Under the pieces are notes generated by a model. The model was not told where the DNA came from. It saw only the letters and a program-made list of their open reading frames with translations, and did not search any database. The translations under genes were made by a program, and so were the position numbers. DNA of 62,987 bases, filler included, from Lenisia limosa (Eukaryota; Protista; Breviatea), in NCBI GenBank assembly GCA_001655205.1. It is 11 parts of 11 records of this genome, joined end to end, with 100 filler letters (N's around TTAATTAATTAA, not from the genome) between each part and the next. Parts side by side here need not be neighbours in the genome. Positions count along the whole stretch, not along the records: positions 1 to 20,288 come from LPNZ01008518.1; positions 20,389 to 26,009 come from LPNZ01002676.1; positions 26,110 to 31,950 come from LPNZ01001887.1; 8 more parts are not named here. The stretch is one strand, 5' to 3'. The first letter of the stretch is position 1; the number at the start of each line of letters is the position of its first letter. This document shows positions 13,901 to 26,290 of the stretch, piece by piece.

Positions 13901-16900
13901 CACCTTGCAGGTTGGCCACAACCGTAGTTGATGTTAACTCAGTTTCATCGTCATCACGATGGCCTACGTTCGTGAAAACCGATAGTTAACAGCATTGCTT
14001 TTTTTCTCATGTATTTCTGATTTTCATGTGAAATTATGATTATACTTAATATGTACAGTGACCGGGATAAGTCTTGACCGATTTGCTATGAGATTTCCCA
14101 AGGAAAATAGGTCAAGACGTCCCTGGCACTGTACATATACTGTATATCCCCAAGACCTAATCGTCAAAAGCACACCCCACTAACCCTGTGCAGCAAGTAG
14201 TAACGTAGTGAGGTCATCAGCTTGGGTGCGCATTCGAGAGATCACCTTCTGCCCCACTGAGGAGTAGTTGTGCATGGGGTGACCAGAAGCAACTTGGCGG
14301 TACACGGCTCGGGTATCTCCTTCCGACTCCCAGCCAGAGGACCGGAAGACAAATACACCACTCACTACTCCCACTGTAAAGAGGGCAACAATTAGAACTA
14401 ATGCGGCGATGAGCAGCCAATCTGGCTCGAGAACTAGTCTGTCTTCGGGCGAGACTCCAACCAAAATCAGGCTTTGGGGCGTGTGTGGCAAGACTCGGGC
14501 AGATGCCGCAGTCGGACAGTCCATTGTTGAATCTAGGACGCTGATGACAGTTTCCCTATAAGGATTGGCATTGTCGGCAAATACATAAGTTCCGGGCGAA
14601 GTGAAGGTCATTGCAAATGATGCTGGAGAGTAAAAAAGAGAGGGGAATGACGGACATTACATATTGTCAAAGATATAATGTGAAAGGACAAACCTGGAGG
14701 GGATGCCGAAGCCATGGCAGTTGCAAGGTTCCGAAGTGGACCGTAGTCGAAGCCTAGATGCATGAGTTTCGGAATATAACAAAATATTTCCACTAAACAA
14801 AAAAAACATGATTAAAAATAGCAAAAAACGAACCAGTGTTATCGTTGAGCAACGAGTCCTTGACGTAAACGGGGTAATGGTCATCAAATACAGCCACAAC
14901 TAAGCCTTCGCCAGCCCTGAGGCAAACAACGGGATCAATTAGTCCGCGACCGGCAAAGTCCGAAGATGACATGTTCATACTCCGTACGTCTCGAAGACTC
15001 AGGTTCGGGTCAGCTGGACCAAGAATCGCGGACCAATAGTCGGCAGTTGGCTCATAGAGCCCCTTGAAGCCGTCGTCACCAAGCATGCTGTAGGCCTGCA
15101 GACGGCAGGACTGGGCGGCAGAGGGGCAAGTCACGTGCCAATGATCACTAGATTGCGGCACGTCATCAATAGCAACATCTGATCCGGTCCCAGTCTTGAC
15201 TGACGCCACGGCCGCGCCATCAATTTGCTTCAGCGACACCACTGAATTGTCGTCAACGGACACAACCAAACCTGGTGCGCTGGCTCGACAATGAGCATCG
15301 CAAACTTCGTTCGGCGTTAAATGGCCGTTACACGTGCACGTACCACTCAAATAGTCCAGTTCACCACCTTGTGAGCCGCAGATAAGAAGACATTGCATAT
15401 CGTCATCAAGAATGCATCCTCCGTTTGTGTCGCGTGAGGATGACGTGCCACATCGGTCAAACACGATCGCCTGGCATCCAATTGTTCCGTCGGCATCCGA
15501 CACACTAAGCCCGGTACTAATTGCTTCATATCTCGGCTTACAGAGGCAAGATCCGTCACTTTCAAGATAGACACGATGTCGACCAATACATGTGCACTCA
15601 GTTGCTCCAACGTCAGATGTTGCACTGGCACCACAAGGAAGGCATTCGGTTGACCCTTCAGATGCAGCATAAGAGCCCTCAATACAGGGGAGGCAGTCCG
15701 TGATGTTTCCAGCTCCCTCCAGGACCCTAATGGTCCCTGCTGGGCATTTGATTGCTTCAGAAGATCCTTCGGGGCAATAGTTACCAGCTGGACAGATGCG
15801 GCCTTTCTCAGTGACCGGATCGGTCGGCTCAGCAGCGCTCGTTTCGCCAAGACAGACATAACCTGGGGTGCACAATGCACATGGACCACGATGGTCATGG
15901 CTTCCAGTCTGGTAGCTTCCAGGGGGACAAGGGTAGCACGCTGTTGCCTCTGCTCCTCTCGCTGATACAGTGAGTGATGCTCTCGGTGCCCATCCCAAAC
16001 TGCAACTCAACGGCTCAACCTGGTTGCCGGGGCAATAAGACCCGTCAGGGCAAAGCAGCGGGCTTGGTGTGAGAAGAGGGCAGTAGTAACCTGAGGGACA
16101 CGGCGTGGCAACGGACGACAGTTCCGGGCAGAAAGTTCCGGCCGCGCACGTGATCTCAATGACCGAAGGTGACGGACAATGCGTTCCTGCCTTACAGGGG
16201 TATGGTGTGGACGTCAAATATGGACAGTAGTAGCCGGGAGGGCAGGCAATGGCAGCCGAGGAAAGCGCGGGACAATAGTACCCTGCCGGACAAACTAATG
16301 AAACCGAGGAGCCTTCGGGGCAGTACGTCGTTGTGTTGCATGGAGTGGCGGAGAGCTCGGCTACACCGCAGAAGTAGCCGCCTGGACAAAGAGGGCAGTC
16401 GTCGGCACGTTGGGCCCCATCAAGAAGCCGGAGCCGACCAGTGGGACATGGGATGGCGGCACTACTTGCTAACGGACAGAAGTGCCCGGGAGGACAGGGG
16501 AACGAGTTGGGATCCGCAATACCATCGGTAGCACATAGGGTCCCTGGTGGACACGGCAGGCAAACGGCTCCAGAGGAACCGAGAGTTTCGTTGTTGTACG
16601 TCCCAACAGGGCAGTTTTCAGGGAGGCCGTCAACAGGACAAAACATTCCCATGGGACACGGAGCGGGAACAGGGTTTCCGTCGGTACAAATGTAGCCGCC
16701 AGGACAGGGCACACAGTCATCAGCGCTGGAACCCCCTTCGTCAGCTCGAACAGTTCCATTGACGCAAACCATTGGCGTGCTAGTTCCTGCTAGACAGTAA
16801 TGGCCTTTCGGGCACAGGCCGCGAAGGAGCACAAGAGAACTGTCGTAGACATTGCTCGGAGTAGGGCTGCTTGAACCGGAGCTACAAAGGTATCCTGCTG

Positions 16901-19900
16901 CACAGGGACCTGCATCAATTCCGACTTGACAGAAACGACCGGCAGGACAATTCACGCATTCTGACTCGGCGTGGAGACCAGTACCGCTACTTGTCAGTCC
17001 TAAAAGAGTGAGACAAAAATATGCAGGGAGAAAGTAAAACAAGTTCATATCACAAAGAAAAAGACACAACTCCAATAATATTTTACAATAATAGCTCACA
17101 TCCCTGTTACCTGCAGGACAAACGGTGGGAGCAGCGGCGCCTTCAGGACAGTAGTGGCCAAGGGGACAGTCGGTAGGGGCTGCAGCACCGTCACGACAAT
17201 AGCTTCCAATGGTGCAGTTCTTACATTCGGCCATTCCAACTTCGTCTTGATACTGCCCATCAGGACACTCAATGGCCGCTGGTGAGTTAGCAGGGCAATA
17301 GTGGCCAATCGGACAAATGCCAGCAACGGGAGTTGGCGTTTCCGTCCCCGCAGAGGCAATGCAGAAGTAGCCCGAGTCACACGGACCGGTTGGGGTTGTG
17401 GCAGCGAGGGAGTCGCAGTAGAAGCCACCAGGACAGGGGAGACAACTGGCAAGGCTTTCACCACCCGTGTCAGCAAGAAGATAACCATGGGGACAGACAG
17501 CTTTGGAACTGGTGCCTTCTTCACAGTAGTGACCTGGGGGGCACTGCATATTGCCGGCTGGCACAATTGGTGTGGGGTCTTCCGCACTGCTTTCGCAATA
17601 CCACCCTGCTGAACACGGCCCGGTCGGGGAGGACAGGCCGGCGGAGGCGCAGTATTGCCCAGCTGGACATGGGGTACACTGATCTTCCGATGCCAGGTCG
17701 TCGGTGAGCCCAATAGTGGAAATCGGGCAAGGTACGGCGGCAGGAGTGCCTTCGGGACAGTAGTAGCCGAGAGGACACGGTGCTGTGGTGTTGAGAGAAA
17801 AGGCGTTACAAAGCCTGCCGCTCGGACAGTTGTCACAGTCAGCCATGGTGGTGAGAGCCTGGTAAGTACCCGGTTGACAAGGGGTAGCTAAAGAAGATGC
17901 CGTCGGGCATTTGTGGCCAATTGGGCAAATAAGTCCTCCGGTGAGGGGCGTGCCGGACAGCACAGTAGGTGTCGCCGTGTCGGCCCCGAGGACACAGTAG
18001 TATCCCTCTTGACAGTCGCCAGTTCCGGGGAGGGCTGGGGTGCTCCCATCGCAATACTTACCTGGGGGGCATGGCAAACAGTCCGATAACACGGTACGGG
18101 CTGTGTTGTTGGTGTAGGTACCTGCCGGACAAGCCAGCGCGGCTGCCGTGCCCTCGGGACAATAATGGCCCGGGGGACATAAGCCGCCTTGACGTGACGC
18201 AAGTCCAACGGAACAAAGTCCATCACCGCAGCCCGAAATACACGTCACACCAGCAGGGCATTTCAGAGTAGCTGCTATGTCACCTGGACCTGGACAATAG
18301 TAACCGGCAGAACAGGGGGTACAGTCGGTAATAAGAGAGGCGCCCGTTGTGGCTCGAAAGGTTCCAGAAGGACAACTTCCGACCTCAGTTCCATCGCCGC
18401 CGGAGCAGAACGAGCCTTCAGGGCATGTGATTGGGGTTATCGTGCCCAAGCCGGGGCAGTGGGTGCTTGGGGGGCAGGACTGACATACAGAGGCTCCGAA
18501 TCCACCAGAATATGTTCCATTGGGACACTGAATTGGAAGGGCCGTACCGGGCAGTATGCCGTCAGGAGAAGCAGGACAATAGTGACCTGGGGTACACAGT
18601 CCTCCGTTGACGCTGTCAGTCGGCGTCGCACTTTCTTGGCCCTCTTTGCACCAGAATGTGGCGTTACAAGGACCTGATGGAGCTGCCGAGCCAGTGTTGC
18701 AGAAATAACCTGCGGGGCATTGAAGACAGGAAGCCAAGCTTGTACCCGCGGTGCTCGGGTGATAGGTTCCGGCTGGGCATGGTGTACCTGCTCCGCTGCC
18801 GGAAAGGCAGTAGTGACCTGAGGGACAAGGCTGCCCAAAGGTCATCCAAGATTCCGACGGATTAGGCAAGTAGGAACCGTCGGAACAAACGAAGCCAGCA
18901 TCACAGTCGTCGGTAGGCTCCAGAAGTCCATCTGTACCGCAGTATTGTCCAGGAGGACAGCTGAGACAGTCGGTATCAATTGTGATGGATGTGTCGTTGC
19001 TATAGCGACCACGGGGGCAAGGAATGCTCGCAAACCCGCCACTAGGGCAGTAGCTACCCCTTGGGCATACTTCAGGAACTGACGTGGCTGGGTCAGGGCA
19101 AATAAAACCGGACGTACATGGCACACACGTGGACTGCGCCGATATAGAAGTCATTGTACCAGGGGCACACGCTTGAGGCTGGGAGCTGCCGGCGGAGGTG
19201 AAGTATCCTGGTGGCGCTGCATGTTGCTCTCCGTCTACGGCCCGGCCGGTGCAGTAGAAGCCAGCAGTGCAGTCCGGGCCGGGTGCAGACATTCCCGCTG
19301 TGGGGCAGTAGTGACCGGGGGAGCAGTCGAGACAGACTGAGACAGCACGGGCTCCGGTGTCAGGGAAATAGGTACCCTGGGTGGTGAGTGATATTTCGAA
19401 GGTTGAACCGCTATAAGTCATTCATGACATTATTGATCATTTGGAAATACAATGAAAATAACGATTAATCAAAATAACATAAATTTGGCAAACCTGGGGG
19501 CATGCAAGGGGTTCTGCAGCGCCTTGATCGCAGTAGTGTCCACTTGGACATAAGCCACCCTCGGCATCCACAAAAGGCTCGGATGACGTTGAGCCGGTTT
19601 TACAGAAGTATCCAGGGCTACACGGCCCGGTCGGGGCTGTCAGACCTCTACCATCACAAAATTGCCCCGGAGGGCATGTGTGACAATCCGTCAAGCTGCC
19701 GAGACGGGTGACGTTGCCGAAAGTTCCAGCTGGGCAGAAGGTGTAGTCCACTGAGCCTTCGGGGCAATAGGACCCGTCAGGACAGTCTATTGGCACAATG
19801 GAAGCCTGCGGACAGTAGCTTGAAGTGGGGCAAGTTAGGCAGAACGTTGCGTTCTTGCCACCAAAAACATTGTTATAGGTTCCGGCAGGGCAGGGTTCAC

Positions 19901-20288
19901 TGTACTCCGAGTCTGAGCCTTCAGGACAATAATGGCCCTTCGCGCAGACGCCAGAAACTGCGCTCACGGCCTCGAGACAATACGATCCGGCTGGGCACGT
20001 GACACATGCAGTCAGACTGGACCCCAGGGTGCTGGGATTGAGGGTTCCCGGAGGGCAGTTGACAGCAGCCGGCGTTTCTTCGGGGCAGTAGTGGCCGACA
20101 GGGCATTCAGTTAGCGAGTCGGAACTTCCTAATGTGGTAAGTTTGAAAGCAACTTGGCTATTATCTGGAAAAGACCAACTAACCAGAAAGACAGAGCTTG
20201 CCGGCGGGGCACTTGTGTGATGCTATCATTATCGCTTCCGATATTCCCGGGGAGGGGCAAAGGTAGCCTGCAGCACATGCAGTACAGG
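2507..20288 (-). CDS. Giant GCC2/GCC3 (ephrin-receptor-like Cys-rich repeat) single-pass membrane protein with cytoplasmic coiled-coil tail; multi-exon, 5' end truncated by scaffold end
   Basis: ORFs 14793-19421 and 19437-19967 consist of dozens of CPxGxYCPxG repeats. Exon 14186-14632 has a hydrophobic helix (WLLIAALVLIVALFTVGVVSGVFVF). Long exons 12866-13965 and 10923-12750 follow, then many small E/K/A/R-rich exons. Where checked, GT-AG joins are in phase down to about 2507 (…AEIE|ARNVELD…DQDK|DVALAVERAR…MSFE|GRSPDEWLDLL…AEK|VELLSSRL). Confidence 0.85.
7870..7897. repeat. (CA)n microsatellite in an intron
   Basis: About 14 CA units read directly. Confidence 0.9.
14056..14131. mobile_element. 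Tc1/mariner-type MITE (family B), intronic
   Basis: TA-CAGTGACCGGGATAAGTCTTGACC…GGTCAAGACGTCCCTGGCACTG-TA: terminal inverted repeats with TA flanks. A homologous copy lies at 49910-49987. Confidence 0.75.
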
Positions 20289-20388
20289 NNNNNNNNNNNN
20301 NNNNNNNNNNNNNNNNNNNNNNNNNNNNNNNNTTAATTAATTAANNNNNNNNNNNNNNNNNNNNNNNNNNNNNNNNNNNNNNNNNNNN
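20289..20388. other. Artificial scaffold-joining spacer (44N-TTAATTAATTAA-44N); also at 26010-26109, 31951-32050, 34805-34904, 50040-50139, 51716-51815, 53841-53940, 55627-55726, 58317-58416, 59963-60062
   Basis: Identical 100-bp structure ten times. The 12-mer gives stop codons in all six frames, and genes are cut off at each spacer. Confidence 0.95.
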
Positions 20389-23300
20389 AGCCCATCGAGA
20401 GTATCAACAAAGCAATACAATGCTGTACAAGGGACGAATCTTGTCACCCACCATGACCAGGTTCCCTGTAGAGAGGAGCAGATCAAGCCTGGTATGTTGG
20501 TAGTTTAGTTTAACTACCATGACGCCAATGACTAATCCCTGTTCACTTCAGCCCGAAAAAGAGATATTTGAGGAGTTAGAGAAATTCGGTCTTTTTTAAA
20601 GCCCTACTAACCGCTGTCTAGGTCAAACTTCAGCCCTCTCTAGCCACGTTAACTCGGCATCTTCCCTCCCCACCGCGCGAGGAGCAACTCTTTCCGAGCC
20701 GAACCTCCCAAATGTGAGGGTCGTAAAAAAAGCATCCCTTCTTTCTCTTGTTTTCCATCTGGGTTTTTTTTAGGGGGTATGGGTTCCTCATAAATTCAGA
20801 TTCACCCACTCCCCCAGTACTCGCCATATGATGACGGATTTGATGTGACGTCATCATCGGAATCGGAATCGGAAGCGTCGGAAACTACCTTCGGCACCGA
20901 GTCGGCTTGTAACGTCGACCTGAACGCATTATCCGGACCCGGGCCGCTGGACTTCACCGCTCTCGGCGAATCCGCGTTGTTGGCTTCCATACCAGCACCC
21001 CGGGACCCTGGACTTCCCCCATCGCCTAACTCGCATGATTTGGCCGATTTTGTTTCGCAGTATAGCGGACCGGCTAGGTGGGGGGGGTTCTTTGGACAAA
21101 TTATTTACACACACATCGCGCTTAAAGTCCCATCCCCCCTCACCACCAATACAGGTTCCATCCCCCCTCACCACCAATACAGGTTCCATCCCCCCTCACC
21201 ACCAATACAGGTCCCATTTCGACATTCGGACTCCTGTCGGTCTCACTGAATCCGTTCTGCAGGTAGGCCATTACCCAGCCGGGTGTTGGGGTATTTGGGG
21301 TGCTTCGGAAACTCAATCTTCGTTGGCCGAACTTGATTTCAGTACCGAGTGAATCGTCATGTTAAAAGTACTCATATAGGGGCCTCACATAGACATGTTT
21401 TGGACTCATGGTTAGGGCTTCTCTCTGGGTGATGAACCATGAGTAGGGCTTTGGTCGAGGATTTATTGAGAGATTCAGTCTTTTTTGGGCTCTCTCTTCA
21501 CCTATCTCCACTCCCCATCAACCTCCTTCCCCCACTAATGCCCAGAACAACATGAGTCAGAGAGTAGCATCATTGGAGGCCGAACAAGCCCTCCACATGG
21601 TGGAGCGTCTGGAGTCTTCCTTGGTGGTCGAGAAGGACAAGGCCGATGAGTCTCTTCGTTTGATGGGTGCTGTGTGATGTACAGGGTGATCAGTGGTCGA
21701 ACTCTCAATAAATCGCTGACAACTCTCGATTTTTTTGATAATAACGGGTTTATCCATCCCAAGTTTGCTTAAGCAACGGTCGTTCTAACAATAAAGGTAC
21801 AGCCAAAATGAGACATGAACAGGCGAAAGCGGAATCAACAAAAGCCCAAGGCACTGTTCAGCAATTAAAGGCTGAGATCAATGACACCAACTCTTTTGTA
21901 GCACAAATGGGCACTGGAGATATCAGGTAGGGGTTTTTTTTAAAAAAATGCATTTATTTGAGACGAGGGAAACAAAATACACATTAGGACCATATGATTT
22001 AAGGCGTCTTGAAGGGGTGTATTGTTTGACCATTTCGTGCCAAATATCAATATTTATCTTGTCATTATCTGATTTTAAGTTATCTTGCTTCTTGGCATTC
22101 ATTGGTCATCATTATTATTTTAGATTCATTGTTGAGATTAGTTTTGATGAATTAGATCCTCAATGATGCTCATGAGAGACAACTTAATTCGTTCCACAAC
22201 CGATAGGGACCGAATGAAAAAGAAAATGGTAGGCATTGCGATGATGGAAGTACGTTCACATTTGATAGTTCTCATATTGTCATGTTTTCCCTCATGTTCT
22301 AGGAAACAATGCAAACTGAGACCCTGACCCTTCAACGCGACAATGAGGTAAGACTGGGAAGCTGGTCATCTAATATGTATGATATACTATGATGGATAAT
22401 TTGATCCCGAAATATGGTATTTCCCTTTTTTGTTCTATTTAGTGCGATTCCTCCTGCTTATGTCGTTTTCTGTGGATTCTTTTGTATACAATCAACCGCA
22501 GAATCTCAATGATCCTAGTTTCAGAGAGACTTTACTGAAAAAAGCAATTCCACTGATATCTTCAGTACAGCTTACAGTGCCATTTTTACCCCNNNNNNNN
22601 NNNNNNNNNNNNNNNNNNNNNNNNNNNNNNNNNNNNNNNNNNNNNNNNNNNNNNNNNNNNNNNNNNNNNNNNNNNNNNNNNNNNNNNNNNNNNNNNNNTT
22701 TTATTTTCCTAAATTTTCCAATTTTACTCCCCCCCCCCTCCTCCAGGCTCTGACAAGTGAATTGCGTCTGGTACAATCCCAAAGCGAGGCTCTAGTGAAG
22801 AGAACTTCTGCTCCTCAAGGTAAACTAACTGGGCTTCATCTTTTCGTCCCTCTGTTTAGCATGTTTTTCTCTACTCTGCCAATGTTCATTGTGCACCATC
22901 TGACCCCCACACACCCTCAGAGCTCTTCATCCAAAACGACCGACTCCGACACTCTATTGACGACATTGCCAAAGTGTGCAAAGGGACTTGGATGCTGATT
23001 ATCGCAAAACTCACAATCAATAAGAGGCTTCGGCCAGATAAACACTTATTGTTTATTTCTCATTGCTATATATCAATAAGAAGAAAGAGGCACCGGCCTC
23101 ACCCCCCCAGACGCACCATGCTGAAATGTCTCGGCTGAGCCAGCTGACTCGCGAGGCTGCAGAAGAGGCGGCTCGGATAGATGCCGACAACAGACGACTT
23201 CCAACAACTATGGTGAGGTGTCGTGTTTTTTCTGCCGTTTATTTACTCCATCGAGGTAGGCAGAACGCTGTATACACAGAGTTGTAATGACAAATGATTG

Positions 23301-25925
23301 GTTGAATTAAGATCATACCGAAATTCAATAGTATATATCGATATATTATAAACGTGATGATGTTGACGGTTTCGGCTTGATACAACCTTGTTTTTTTATT
23401 TCTCATTTTTATATTAATGGTAAAATGGGCTTATCCGTTTAACGTATGTTCTCTTTGATCATAAGAAGTACTCAAAAACTGTTATGTTGACAACGCTTAT
23501 GTATGAGTCAGTTTTATTCCATTCTCAGACAAAAGAGTAACATTGTGATCAGTTCCTCATTGTCCGGTTAAGGAGTTGACATTTTAGGTTGATCTTGAAA
23601 CTGAGTATGCCAGTGCTCAGACGACGCTCCGAAACACTATGATGAACAGACAAGCTCTTGAGGTACACTGGGCGTCACTTCGGTTAAAAAAATCTGAATT
23701 TCTCGATAAATCCTCGAAAACTATGGATATTTTCCCGAACGGAAGTGAAGCCTTTCCTGCTACTGGAATGGACAGGTTTATTGATCTTTTTTTCTTTGGA
23801 AAAGCACCTGCCTGATACAATACAAGTTCCGAATTTTAGGGGAATTTTTTTTTTTTTTTGGGGGGGGAGGGGAGTTAGGCTAGCTTATTTCCAAATTAAT
23901 CACCAATTCAATATGACTGTGTTCAGGATAAAACGTGCTACAAGCTTGGCTTGCCGCTGAGATCACTGGAACCTTTGAGAGCAAAAGCTGTCAAAGTATG
24001 AGGGGCATGCCACCAAGTCCTTCTTTTCTTCCTCTCCGTTTTGTTCAAGTCAACATGATTTGAGGTCTCTCCTATGTTGTCTTTTTCGCTACCATGGCCC
24101 AATGCTCACCTTCAGGACATGACCGCTCTGCCTGGTCGAACTCATCACATTGTTGAAACGACGGCTCTCTCCGATCTCTTCAGCTCCATGGCCCCTAAGC
24201 TGATTGAAAAACAGGTAAATCGATAGTAAGGCCTTTTTTGAGAATAAGAATAATATATATTACATGTATTTATATTACGACACGGTTCATTTGGTATTAC
24301 TGTAAGATATCTTTTTACACTTTGTCTGTTATAAACTACTTATTTAGTTTGATATTAATAATGGTATTATTGATTTTGCTTTACATCTCCGTGCTCACAG
24401 TTGTTGTGATCAATACCAATACCCATTGACTCTCCAGACATTGAACCATGAGAGGGAAAACAATAGACTGAACTCAGAAATCCATGACCTTCATTCTCGA
24501 GTAGGGATGGAGTTTTTAATTTGTAACAACAATAAGCCTTTGTCTGCTGTGTATATTACCTATCAAAAACAATAGTTAAATAATACCTCGGATACTCATT
24601 GATTGAGAAATTGGAGAAACGCCAACTTAACCTCCTGTTTTCCAAAATAGCTTCCCTCCCATTTTTGATATGGCATCACGTATTCAGATTGCGCGAGAGC
24701 GTGCACGTCTGGGCCCAATTAAGGAAAGTCTCGCGACGGCCGAGGAAGACTCCAGGAGCATGAGGGAGAAGGTGCAACGACTTGTTGTTCAACTGGCGGA
24801 ATCTAAAACAATGTCAGAGAGGGGTGTCTTTCATCTTATCAAGCTCACAGAGTCGACTGGGTTTATTGTTTCATATATTTTCCTCATTTTCCACGTAGAT
24901 TTGATGACGCAATCCGCCAAAAGACCGCCGAGCTTGCTGCTGCCGACATTGATGAGGAGGCTGCGAGAGCTGGAATGAACAGCGTACAGAATGACTTGGT
25001 GGGGGACTTTGGAACCCTTGAAGACGTTAACAAATACTACTTTGTTCACATGTACTTGATATCTTGCCCCCCACCCCTTTGCCCTTTGCCTTGCTGTTGA
25101 CCCAATCAGACGCTGTTTTGCCTGCAACACGGCCTACGAGACCCCTCCAAAACCCGAGTTAATGTGCCTCAAAAGTGGGTTCAATAGCATAACACATACT
25201 CGTTTAACCTATGTTTTTTTTTTATTATTGTTATTATTTTAATATTTTTTAAAAAAAATTGAGAGTTTGAAGCAATTTTGTCTTTTTGTGAAGGGCTGCT
25301 TGAGACAAAGTGATTGTGAAACTATTCACGTTTTAGATCTGACACATCCAGTCAATATCGCTCTTTACGATATTACACCCCACCCACCTCACCAAAGCCT
25401 TCCATCCCTTCTACGCCCAAATCCTCATCACCCGTTTTCCCACATAAGTCCCCTGGACACCTTCCTCCCCAAGAACGCTCTCCAACTGATGGCCATGACA
25501 GAAAGGAAAACATCACTCCGAACCACTACCCGAATCCTCGAAACCTTGGAGCGTCACTGTCACTGAGACCTTCCCAAGGCCTTAAGGCACTTGTCACACC
25601 GTCCGTTCCATTCTCCGAGCCAAAAACGCCCAAAATTCAAAGTCACTCCTCTCCACCAGAATCCATACCCCCATCCCTGGTAGATTTATCAGAACGCATC
25701 AATCGTTGTGAGCACCCTATTAGATCTGTAGATCTGCCTGAAGACGGTTCCAATCATCAATCTGATTCATATTTGGGAGAGAGCACCTCAGGTTGGTTTC
25801 ATCCCCTGTATTATTGTTCCAAATAATCAGTTTCTTCAGTTGACAAAATGTGTTTGGTTTTTACCCCTCAGTGCCATTCCGACTACCCGTGCCTCCTCCG
25901 TTTCTCCCCCTTCCCCCAATGTAAT
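20389..25925 (+). CDS. Multi-exon Ser/Pro-rich and coiled-coil protein of unknown family (fragment)
   Basis: GT-AG exons such as YSPYDDGFDVTSSSESESEASE…YSGPAR|SHFDIRTPVGLTESVLQ, NNMSQRVASLEAEQALHMVERLESSLVVEKDKADESLRLM and IARERARLGPIKESLATAEEDSRSMREKVQRLVVQLAESK. No family recognised. Confidence 0.65.
21127..21209 (+). repeat. 3 x 27-28 bp tandem repeat spanning a 3' splice site
   Basis: gt(c/t)ccatccccc(c)tcaccaccaatacag at 21127, 21155 and 21183. Confidence 0.9.
23269..23405 (+). repeat. Dispersed intronic repeat family D; related pieces at 33021-33135, 59040-59130, 36958-37075(-), 44185-44216(-), 27674-27705, 23025-23060
   Basis: Shared blocks cacagagttg(t/g)aaggcaaatgattggttgaatta and acgg(c/t)ttcggccagatacaaccttgttttttattt on several scaffolds. 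Confidence 0.75.
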
Positions 25926-26290
25926 TATGGTCAAAGATATTGTATTGAGTTGTAGTAGCAGTTGTAGTTGATGTTCACCCTAAACACTTTCACACAAATA
26001 GGTAAAATTNNNNNNNNNNNNNNNNNNNNNNNNNNNNNNNNNNNNNNNNNNNNTTAATTAATTAANNNNNNNNNNNNNNNNNNNNNNNNNNNNNNNNNNN
26101 NNNNNNNNNTCAAAAGCGAAATAATGAACTATGACGGGTCCAAAAGTCTATCGAATTTTGAGACATTCAAGCACTAGCAATACTCAACCACCACTATGAA
26201 ATAATAATGGTCCGAAAAAGAAAATACCTATATTTTCTAACCAATTTCATCACTTCTCACAACCATATTTGACAATACCCAACCACATAC

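Noticed and set aside
15347-20114. Many overlapping ORFs on both strands within the Cys-repeat gene
   Set aside because: Shadow ORFs of a GC-rich repetitive coding exon.
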